Shown in pieces: positions 1 to 8,287 of a stretch of 64,000 bases of DNA (positions are counted from its first letter, which is position 1; each line of letters begins with the position of its first letter). Both the position numbers and the translations under genes were made by a program. The DNA comes from an uncultured candidate division Zixibacteria bacterium (GTDB taxonomy: Bacteria > Zixibacteria > MSB-5A5 > GN15 > FEB-12): assembly GCA_963735035.1 (NCBI GenBank), contig CAVTJJ010000003.1, positions 384,001 through 448,000 on the forward strand. The letters are read 5' to 3'. Below the pieces are notes generated by a model. That model was given only the letters and a program-made list of their open reading frames with translations, did not search any database and had not been told where the DNA came from.

Positions 1-1204
1 TGCTCATCGCACTATCGAAGAACTTGCTGATATCGACTGTCAGCGAGACCGTGTCCTCTACAACATAGTGGTTCCAGCTGTCGCCGTTCCATGACCAATA
101 TGAGCCCGTCTCCCAGATTATATTCATCTGCCGAGGGCCGTCGAAATACGTAAGAATTGAAGTAACCGAGTCGCGGAGTCTATGAAGATCATCGAGATCA
201 CTAGAGTAGACCTTAATCAGATCGTCTGCCTGTGACGTCCCAATCTCTCCTTCCAGAAAGACAGTCGTCTGCTTGATCCCATTAAGGCAGCCGAGCACCC
301 GCGTTTTCGCCTCGGCCATGTGTGCCGCACCGACCCCACCTTCTTTGAGGCTCAAGAAGTTCGACCCCTTGCGCAGTGCCTCCTGGACGCCCTCTATGTT
401 ATAGGCGGACAGGTCAAGATCGCGCGCAAAGAAAACTTGTAGCCCGGCCTCAACGGCCTCAGTCATCGTAAGAAACAACTGGAAATCCGGTCGATCGATG
501 ACAATCGGGCTGGCTCCGGGATTTCCCTGCATTTCCGGAGTGATAACGAATGTGTAAGCGGAATCATTCACCAACGCCGCGAGATGCAGCCGTGCGTCCT
601 GTAGCCGGGGGAGCAGCGACGTCTCGAGAATGTCCTGAATATGAGACATCGATGGCTCGACCATGGCCAGCTTCGATATCGCGAGATCGAGTTCCAAGGG
701 TGACGGAATTACATCATTGAGCCCCCCCGCACTTAGCGGCACGCTTTCGATTAGCATGCTACCGCCAAAATCGATCTTCGGCGCCATCGTCCAAGTTCGA
801 AACGGATTGATCTCAAGAGTGTCATAGAGATGCTTGAAATCATCGACCAGATCGTTGAAGTCCGGGTCGGCCATAACTACCAGCAGACCGGTAAACGCCA
901 CGCCAAAACGAGCATCCTTGCAGTTCGGATCGACACTCAGCGCACTTCGATACGTAGTATTGACGTCGGTAAAGTCGATATCGCGCGGACGAAACGACGA
1001 ATCAGCGTGATCAAGAGTAGTATTGATTACGGAATCCATGAGATCGGCCAGAGAAGTCGATGCTTGATCAGCTATCTGCTGAGCCTTCGCGGTATCAATA
1101 GGAGGCGGGTCGGTGCCCTTTTCTTCACTACAGCCACATACCCACAAAACCACTGCTATGATTAACAGCGATCTTAGCCACATCAAATGCCTTGCTGGAA
1201 TCAC
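1..1204 (-). CDS. Hypothetical lipoprotein, partial (runs off the left edge)
   Basis: Read manually; not in the ORF track. GTG at 1204 follows an AGGAGG RBS. N-terminus MIPARHLMWLRSLLIIAVVLWVCGCSEEKGTDPPP is a signal peptide with a lipobox Cys. The frame stays open to the window edge. Confidence 0.8.
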   Translation of the reverse strand, partial: MIPARHLMWLRSLLIIAVVLWVCGCSEEKGTDPPPIDTAKAQQIADQASTSLADLMDSVINTTLDHADSSFRPRDIDFTDVNTTYRSALSVDPNCKDARFGVAFTGLLVVMADPDFNDLVDDFKHLYDTLEINPFRTWTMAPKIDFGGSMLIESVPLSAGGLNDVIPSPLELDLAISKLAMVEPSMSHIQDILETSLLPRLQDARLHLAALVNDSAYTFVITPEMQGNPGASPIVIDRPDFQLFLTMTEAVEAGLQVFFARDLDLSAYNIEGVQEALRKGSNFLSLKEGGVGAAHMAEAKTRVLGCLNGIKQTTVFLEGEIGTSQADDLIKVYSSDLDDLHRLRDSVTSILTYFDGPRQMNIIWETGSYWSWNGDSWNHYVVEDTVSLTVDISKFFDSAMS

Positions 1205-1529
1205 GTGATATCCTCCTGTCAAAGAAGTATGATCAGAAATCTTCATGTCGCGTTTCAAAGTCCGGATGCAACTCTCTCCTCAAGCAGGGGAAGCCCGGCT
1301 AGGTCAAGGTTGCTCACCGCAGAGAACTGGACGGGTTCCCAGAGCCACTACCGAATGAAGTCTTTGTCGGTTATAGCGCAACTTCGGTCGGGTTTAAGCA
1401 TAAGTTTCGGCTTCCCAGACGTCACGATGGCTCGACGTATTATAGCACATGAGACCCGTCGGTGTCAATGAGAATGAGTCCTTACCGAGCCCCACCCAGT
1501 TCATAGAAAGCTGCGTGGCATCCGAAAAA

Positions 1530-1602
1530 CCCACCCGCATGCGGGTGGGCCACCAGACCATCCCCACCATAAATGGTGGGCCATCAGACACTCCCACCCA
1601 TA
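1530..1602. repeat. Cluster of CCCACC...GGTGGG(CCA) palindromic REP-like hairpins
   Basis: Perfect palindrome cccacccgcatgcgggtggg at 1530-1549; hairpin cccaccat-aa-atggtggg at 1563-1580; a third copy is split by the IS; a related copy lies at 18902-18919. Confidence 0.8.
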
Positions 1603-3015
1603 GAGCCTGTTGAAAAAGCCAAGTTTTCGGGTGGTCATCATGCATCTTGTCTGATGACTGTGTAAGGTGCGATAAATGGTCTCAGAAACCGTAGAAGCCG
1701 TTCTATGAGTGTCCGTAGACGTCTCCAGAGCCAGTTGAACCCCGGCAGAGTGACAAAATGCGCCGCCAGGCGCTTCGAATTGAGAACCGTGGCGACCAAC
1801 AAGCACTGCACCTTCATCTTGGACAGACCACGCCGCCACGCCCGACTCAAGCCGTGCCATTGTTTGCTCTCCGCAAACACCCCCTCGATCACCGGCGCCC
1901 GGGAACGATACAGCTTCTTGAAACTCTCCGTTTTGCTGTCGGCCCGAAGGCGAAGCAGTGAACTATGGTGTCTGGTAACCTTGAGATGCCGGCGATCCGA
2001 TATCGTGCACTGTGACTTCAACGGACAGCTCTGACAATCCGACCGTCGCGCTCGATATTCCCAACGTCCCCGCTGCTTCTCCGTTCGCACATACCGCAAC
2101 ACTTGTCCCGCCGGACACGTGAACTCATCATGCTCCTCGTCGTAGGTGAATTGCTCGATCGTAAAATAACCTTCCCCGGCACGGGTCGTCGCCTTCTGCG
2201 GCGGCGACACCAAACGGACACCGCGCGTCTCCATCTCATAGGCATTAAACCCACTCCCGTACGCCCCGTCCGCACACACCGCTTCCGGTGACTCCCGCAG
2301 ACGCGCCAACGCTCGGTCAACCAACCCCACCGCCTCGTCGTGCTCCGACACGTTCGCCGCCGTCACCGATACATCCAACACCACCCGCTTCTTGCCGTCC
2401 GCCACCGTGTGCTGCTTGTACCCCGGACGCAACTTCCCATCCGGAAACCGACCAAACCGCGCATCCGGATCGGGACTGTCAACCTGGTTGACACGGTCGG
2501 CAGACAGGTCCGCCCGGATCGTCGTAGCGTCGATATGTAGCACCTTCCCCTCAATCAACCCGCTCGCTTGACACTGACTCACACTCCGAGCGAACAACTC
2601 GTTGAACACCGCATCACCAAACCGATCCAACGCCTTCGACAACGTCGAATGATCCGGAAGCGACTCGTCCAGCTCGTAGCCGATGAACCAACGATAGGCC
2701 AGGTTAACCTGCACCTGACGCATTAACTCCCGCACGTGAGCGATCCCGTCCATCGCCTGGATCAAAAACAGCCGGATCACCACCTCCGGATCGACCGACG
2801 GTCGACCGTTGTCTTGGCTGTATTTGTCCCGAACTACCTCGTGGACAAAACCCAGGTCCAAAACCCGATTCAACTTACGAAGATAGTGATCCTCGGGGAT
2901 GAACGTCTCCAATGCCGGGAGAAGCATCATCTCATGTTGACTTCTCTCTCGCTTACTCTGCATCCCCTGCTTTAATACAACTACCCCCAAAACTCAAGAC
3001 TTTTTCAACAGGCCC
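1603..3015 (-). mobile_element. IS1182-family insertion sequence
   Basis: Terminal inverted repeats g(a/g)gcctgttgaaaaag (15/16 match; 1603-1618 and 3000-3015), a 4-bp direct repeat CATA at 1599-1602 and 3016-3019, and a single transposase ORF. Confidence 0.92.
1638..2990 (-). CDS. IS1182-family DDE transposase (likely ATG at 2963)
   Basis: IPEDHYLRKL...GRPSVDP...AYRWFIG...PDHSTLS N-terminal region, DAT and ADGAY acidic motifs, a CPAG...CxxCPLKSQC insert, and a IEGVFAESKQWHGL C-terminus. Confidence 0.93.
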   Translation of the reverse strand: MGVVVLKQGMQSKRERSQHEMMLLPALETFIPEDHYLRKLNRVLDLGFVHEVVRDKYSQDNGRPSVDPEVVIRLFLIQAMDGIAHVRELMRQVQVNLAYRWFIGYELDESLPDHSTLSKALDRFGDAVFNELFARSVSQCQASGLIEGKVLHIDATTIRADLSADRVNQVDSPDPDARFGRFPDGKLRPGYKQHTVADGKKRVVLDVSVTAANVSEHDEAVGLVDRALARLRESPEAVCADGAYGSGFNAYEMETRGVRLVSPPQKATTRAGEGYFTIEQFTYDEEHDEFTCPAGQVLRYVRTEKQRGRWEYRARRSDCQSCPLKSQCTISDRRHLKVTRHHSSLLRLRADSKTESFKKLYRSRAPVIEGVFAESKQWHGLSRAWRRGLSKMKVQCLLVATVLNSKRLAAHFVTLPGFNWLWRRLRTLIERLLRFLRPFIAPYTVIRQDA

Positions 3016-3038
3016 CATAGGGTGGGCCACCCGATGTA

Positions 3039-4452
3039 TCACACGCCGTAGTAAATCTCGAACTCATAGGGCGTAGGCCGGATGCGAATTTCTGAGACTT
3101 CCTTACGCTTGATCTTCACCCAATTTTCAATAAGATCTTCGGTGAACGCGCCACCTTCGAACAAGTAGGTGTGGTCTTTTTCGAGACTATCGAGCGCCCG
3201 GTTCAGTGAAGTGGGCAGTTGATGAATCTGTGCTAGCTCAGCCGGCTTAAGTTCGTCGAGGTTTCGGTCGAACGGTAATCCCGGGTCGATCTTGTTGCGG
3301 ATGCCGTCGAGACCGGCCATCAGCATGGCCGCATACGCCAGATACGGATTCATGGTGCCGTCGCCCGGTCGGAACTCGAACCGCATCGTTTCAGGTTCGC
3401 GCTGATATCCGGGGATACGAATACAGGCTGTGCGATTACCGACAGAATACGTTCCAGCGACCGGCGCCTCAAACCCAGGGACTAGACGCTTGAATGAATT
3501 GGTAGAGGGATTCGAGAAGGCCAGGATAGAATCGACATGTTTCAGGATGCCGCCGATGTAGTATCGTCCCAACTGCGAAAATTGCGCCGGACCTTTGGCG
3601 TCGTAGAACATCGAACCTTTATCATTGGCCAGATACTGATGCACATGGAGACCCGAGCCGGGTTCGTTGAATAAGGGCTTGGGCATGAAACGTGGCCGAT
3701 TTGCGATGGCGGAAGGCCTCATTCTTGACCATGTACTTGACCAACATCGATTTGTCCGCCATAGACAGAAGCGGCGCGAACTTGACTTCGATTTCATGCT
3801 GTCCGCCGCCACCGACTTCATGGTGGTGATACTTCAGCTCGATCCCGACATCCTTCAGAAGTGAGCAGATCCCATTGCGCAGGTTGTAGGTGCGGTCCTG
3901 CGGCGGCGCGACATGGTATCCCTTTTTGTAGGGAATCTTGAAACCGAGATTCTCTTCGTCGTCGGACGCCTGCCACGGCGCCTCGGCCGCATCGAGCGTG
4001 TAGAACGCAGAGTCGGGACCCTGATGGAAATTGACCTTGTCGAAGATATAGAATTCGAACTCTGGTCCCAAAATCGCCTGCACCCCAGCGAACATCTTCC
4101 CGAGCAACCGCTCGGCGTCGCGAGCCACCCGTCTGGGATCACGGCTGTAGGGTACCACTGTCTCTTCCGACAGCATGAAGTCGCCTATCAGCGACAGCGT
4201 GGGGCGTTCGAAGAACGGATCGATGAAGGCCGTGGTCGGGTCCGGCAGCATGATCATATCGCCGCGCTCGATGGACGAGAATCCCGCCATCGAGGAACCG
4301 TCGACACCGACCCCGGAGCGGAACAATTCGTCCTTGAGGGCGGATATCGGAATGGTCAAATGATGCCAACTGCCGAGCAGATCACAGAATTTCAGATCAA
4401 CAAATTCTACCTGATGTTGCTGGGCCATTTTTGACAGAGCGTCAAGATTCAT
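3039..4452 (-). CDS. glnA: Glutamine synthetase type I, split by a 1-bp frameshift near 3689
   Basis: ORFs 3622..4452 and 3039..3821 join at ATF/MPKP. Motifs DGSS, GPEFEFY, HHHEVG, GSGLHVH, NSFKRLVPGFEAP, NRTACIRIP and RFEFR are present. Confidence 0.93.
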
Positions 4453-4495
4453 AAGTCGTTACCTCAAAGTTGCCTACATGCTTCAAAGCGCGAAC

Positions 4496-4524
4496 ATGAT
4501 AGGCGACTAACTCCCCATTGTCAA
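4496..4524 (-). promoter_or_regulatory. Sigma70-type promoter for glnA
   Basis: TTGACA (4524-4519), 17-nt spacer, TATCAT (4501-4496), about 45 nt upstream of the ATG. Confidence 0.65.
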
Positions 4525-4604
4525 GACGCCGCCCTCCTGAAAAAGCTTTACCTGGCGCTCGCCCGAACATTGTTTGCCCCTGGCATAACTTGAGTGGAGA
4601 AAAT

Positions 4605-6515
4605 ATGAAGCATTTGTATCTGGTATTAGGGTTCGCATTGATAGCCGGGGCAGTATCGGCCCAGGCACCGCAAAATGATCTTGAACTCGTTGACTCGGCG
4701 TTGGCGCAAGTGGGGTTGACCATGCGCGACGTCCGCTTTGATGCCGACGAGGTCGCGACTTATAAGGGCGATCTCTGGCAGTTGAGTACCTTCACGTTAT
4801 ATCACCACAATCCATTCAAGCTCCCTCAGCATGCCAATCTGGACCTGGAGACTTACCGGACGGCGGCGAATAATATTACTTCGTTGATGGCGAAGGCCAG
4901 CGGGCTGATCGATCATCCGATTCGGCGCAGCCTTGTCGGTGATCCCCTTGAGCCGTACCTCGTAGCGCACGATACTGTCCCGCTTCAGTCGATGACCCGA
5001 AGCCGGAATTATCTCGCGGGCCCGGAGTTCGACCGACTTAAAGACGGAATCGATCTGATATATCGAATGGTTGACGATGACAAGTTCCTGTTCAAGCACG
5101 GCCTCGATGAAGTCAACAAGGCCAAGTATCGCGAGAAGCTGTTCGATTATTTCATAAACGACAAGGAAGAGAATCAGGATATTATCTACGAGATTGATCG
5201 AAAGATCGACTACGATTACATGCTCGCCGGGGCTCAGGACTTTGCCGAGGCGGTGCGCCGCCTTTGTCTTGCCGCCGATTCACTTCAGTTCCCCAAAGAG
5301 AAGCGAGAATTGAAAACCAACCGGGGATTGATCGTGGTCGGTTCCAGCGGTGACGATGTGTACCAGTATTTCGTTCCGCCACTCATGATCATCGACGGGG
5401 GCGGTAACGATCGGTATGAGTTCGGCGGCTACCCCGAAGATTACCCGCTTTCAATCATAATAGATTTCAAAGGTGACGACCAATACCTCTCCCCCGACAC
5501 TACCAAGCCGGGCCTGGGTGGCGCGGTTCTCGGTATGTCTATCCTGGTCGATCTCGCCGGCAACGACCGTTACGTGGGAGCTAATGTCACGCAAGGGGCA
5601 GGCATATTCGGAGTCGGGCTCGTCTACGACAAGAACGGCGACGACGTCTACACCGGCCGCAGGCTGACTCAGGGAGCGGCAACTTTCGGAGTCGGCATCC
5701 TTAGCGACAGTACCGGGGCAGACTCGCTATTCTGTCTCGACCAGTCGCAGGGATACGGCTATACGAAGGGGTGTGGGTTGCTGATCAATTTCGAGGGGAG
5801 TGATCGCTATGTCGCCGATGACGCCAACATCATTCTTCCATCGGCGCAGACCAAGGAACACAATACGTCGATGGCACAGGGTGTCGGATGCGGCAGGCGG
5901 GCCGACATCTCGGACGGTCACAGTTGGGCGGGCGGGGTCGGCGTGCTTTGTGATCTCGCCGGGGATGATATTTACTCAGCGGGGTTGTTTGCTCAGGGAT
6001 GCGCCTACTGGCATGCTCTCGGGATGCTTCTCGAAGGGGGCGGCAACGATTCATATAGCGGCGTTTGGTATGTTCAGGGTTCCGGGGCTCATTTCGGAGT
6101 TGGATACCTGGATGATTTTGGCGGCAATGACAAGTATAACGCTACCCTCAACATGGCGATTGGGGCCGGACATGATTTCACGATCGGGTATCTGAATGAA
6201 CGATCCGGCAACGACGTCTACACCGCGCCAAATCTATCGCTCGGGGGCGGCAATGACGCCGGGATTGGTATTTTCCACGATCATGCGGGAGACGATACCT
6301 ATAACACCAAGGGCGGCACTACGCTGGGACGGGCCAATCCGAGCAGCATAGGAGCCCGACGGTTCCTTCGCTGCTTCGGGATCTTTGTCGACGGCGGCGG
6401 GCAGGATACTTACATCGAGAACTGGGCGGGCAACGGTAGTCGCTGGATTGGTCCGGCGACCGACCCTGCCAACCCCAGCCCGTATACGATTGGTGTAGGC
6501 ATCGACCGGCAGTAA
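4605..6515 (+). CDS. Secreted hypothetical protein with about 13 glycine-rich DxxGxDxY repeats
   Basis: GGAGA RBS before ATG 4605; signal peptide MKHLYLVLGFALIAGAVSAQA; repeats such as IIDGGGNDRY, LVDLAGNDRY and LDDFGGNDKY. Confidence 0.8.
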   Translation: MKHLYLVLGFALIAGAVSAQAPQNDLELVDSALAQVGLTMRDVRFDADEVATYKGDLWQLSTFTLYHHNPFKLPQHANLDLETYRTAANNITSLMAKASGLIDHPIRRSLVGDPLEPYLVAHDTVPLQSMTRSRNYLAGPEFDRLKDGIDLIYRMVDDDKFLFKHGLDEVNKAKYREKLFDYFINDKEENQDIIYEIDRKIDYDYMLAGAQDFAEAVRRLCLAADSLQFPKEKRELKTNRGLIVVGSSGDDVYQYFVPPLMIIDGGGNDRYEFGGYPEDYPLSIIIDFKGDDQYLSPDTTKPGLGGAVLGMSILVDLAGNDRYVGANVTQGAGIFGVGLVYDKNGDDVYTGRRLTQGAATFGVGILSDSTGADSLFCLDQSQGYGYTKGCGLLINFEGSDRYVADDANIILPSAQTKEHNTSMAQGVGCGRRADISDGHSWAGGVGVLCDLAGDDIYSAGLFAQGCAYWHALGMLLEGGGNDSYSGVWYVQGSGAHFGVGYLDDFGGNDKYNATLNMAIGAGHDFTIGYLNERSGNDVYTAPNLSLGGGNDAGIGIFHDHAGDDTYNTKGGTTLGRANPSSIGARRFLRCFGIFVDGGGQDTYIENWAGNGSRWIGPATDPANPSPYTIGVGIDRQ

Positions 6516-6534
6516 TTGAACTTCTCACACACCC

Positions 6535-6685
6535 GTGCCCGGCACGCCGCGGCGGGTCCACATCTGCCGACTCTGGTGCAGAGACGGCCGACGGCATTCC
6601 GATAATCAAGTTACTTGTATACGTGCCCGGCCCGCCGCGGCGGGCCCACATCTGCCGACTTTGGGGCAGAGACGCCCGACGGCAC
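6535..6685. repeat. Two tandem REP-like composite units (GTGC-footed) between convergent genes
   Basis: gtgcccggc...ccacatctgccgact...gcagagacg(g/c)ccgacggca occurs at 6535-6596 and 6623-6685; related sequences lie at 26100-26213, 40744-40771 and 43029-43241. Confidence 0.8.
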
Positions 6686-6704
6686 CCTTAAACAGACCCC
6701 GACT

Positions 6705-7560
6705 CTATTTCCTCACCACCAGCAAAACCCCGCCCAGGATGAGTCCTGATCCGATAACCTCCAGCAGCGTAAGTGATTCCTCGGCCAGAAAGACTCCTAT
6801 GAGAATGGCCACCAGGGGCGTTATGAAAGCGACAAGCGCTACAACAGTCAGTCGCATGTGTCGCAACAGCCAATAGTAGCCCAAGAACGCAATCACGGTA
6901 CCGGCCAGCGCCAAGTATATGATTGACCCAACAGCCGCAGTGGTGACGTGAAAATCCGACCATTTCTCGGTGAGCAGTGCCCCAATCACGAGAAATATGC
7001 CACCAAAGATCATCTGGACGTTCGCGGCAACCACGATGTCCACCTGGCTGAACTTATGTTTGTGAATCACTCCACCATACGCGGCAGCCAGGGCTGCGCC
7101 AACTACGAGAACGGTACCGAAGAATATGTCCGGAGAAGCCTGAAATGAATCGTAAGAGATCAGCACGACTCCGGCAAACCCGATCGCCATGCCAAGCCAC
7201 GCAATTGGACCCAATCTCTCCGTGCGGTATTTCAACCAGGATAAGACGGCGACAAAGAACGGGTACGCGGCGAACAAGACCGCGCATGTAGCCGAATCGA
7301 TGTACTGTTCGCCCAGATACACCAGCGCATAGCTTAGGAAAGTACATGTGGAAGCCGGGGTAGGCCAACGAGATGAGAGACTTGAAGTCGGTGGGATAGC
7401 GGCTCTTTCTGACGAGACCGATCAATGAAAGCACGGCCGTGGCCAGAATAAACCGGAGCGCCGCGGTCGTGAACGGCGGGGCTTCCGACAAACCGACTTT
7501 GATCGCCAGCCAGGTCGAACCCCAGATCAGGCAGAGAATGATGTATACAAAGGTATTCAC
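6705..7560 (-). CDS. EamA/DMT family transporter, frameshifted near 7330-7345
   Basis: LIWGSTWLAIKVGL...PPFTTAALRF in ORF 7054..7560; the remainder, with the second EamA repeat, is in ORF 6705..7322. Confidence 0.85.
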
Positions 7561-7731
7561 AGTAAGATCAATTAGATCCGATTAACCCGGCTTGTCAATC
7601 ACCAACCAGACATAGCAGGGCAATCATCGAAAGCTTGCAGAAAAATACGATATCGGATGATAAAATAGTTGAAAGTGTGTTGACGACCTGTACATTCGCC
7701 TTCAACAGGCTAGCAACAGGGAGTTAGTGCC

Positions 7732-8208
7732 TTGAATTACAGTGAAGGAATCATTAGAAACACCGAGTTTTTCACAACCTCGGAACTCGCCGACAAATTG
7801 AAGATGAACGTGCAGGTGATTACCCGCAAGGTTCAGGCCGGCGAAATCAAAGCGTACAAGATCGGCAAGGAATGGCGGATACCGGAGCCGTCGGTTTTCG
7901 AGTGGCTCGAGTCCAACGTCAACAAGCCGGGAACGCATGCGTCACCTAAGAACGGCGCCAATGGCCATGCGCGTCCGGACCATCCTGGCGCGGTAGCGAC
8001 GATGCCCGAGAACCATCGGCATCTGCTCGAATATATCCTCGCCCAGCTCGAACCGAATCGGCTGTACACGGAGAAAGACCTTGATCGGGTTATAGGTCGA
8101 CACGCCGACGATTGCGCCGGCGTGCGACGGGAATTTATCGACCGCAAGATGATGGAACTGATCAACGGCTCGTACCGCCGTCGCAACGGTTACCGTCTGG
8201 CTGACTGA
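7732..8208 (+). CDS. Excisionase-like HTH protein fused to a DUF2087-like C-terminal domain
   Basis: FFTTSELADKLKM...RKVQAGEIKAYKIGKEWRIP, then a C-terminal LEPNRLYTEKDLD...DCAGVRREFID...YRR segment. Confidence 0.75.
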   Translation: MNYSEGIIRNTEFFTTSELADKLKMNVQVITRKVQAGEIKAYKIGKEWRIPEPSVFEWLESNVNKPGTHASPKNGANGHARPDHPGAVATMPENHRHLLEYILAQLEPNRLYTEKDLDRVIGRHADDCAGVRREFIDRKMMELINGSYRRRNGYRLAD

Positions 8209-8287
8209 CGGTAGCCATTCAGGCTTTCTTTATTAGGATCCCCCCGCGCCCAGAAGTGACTGCAAAAGCGGGTCGCTCATGTTGCGT

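Noticed and set aside
830..1471. Plus-strand ORFs 830..1165 and 1187..1471
   Set aside because: The first lies antisense to the lipoprotein gene and the second covers its promoter region; neither has an RBS or recognisable motif.
3680..3700. Programmed frameshift in glnA
   Set aside because: It is one extra base in a short T run, like the many other indels in the window, with no recognisable slippery site; an assembly error is more likely.
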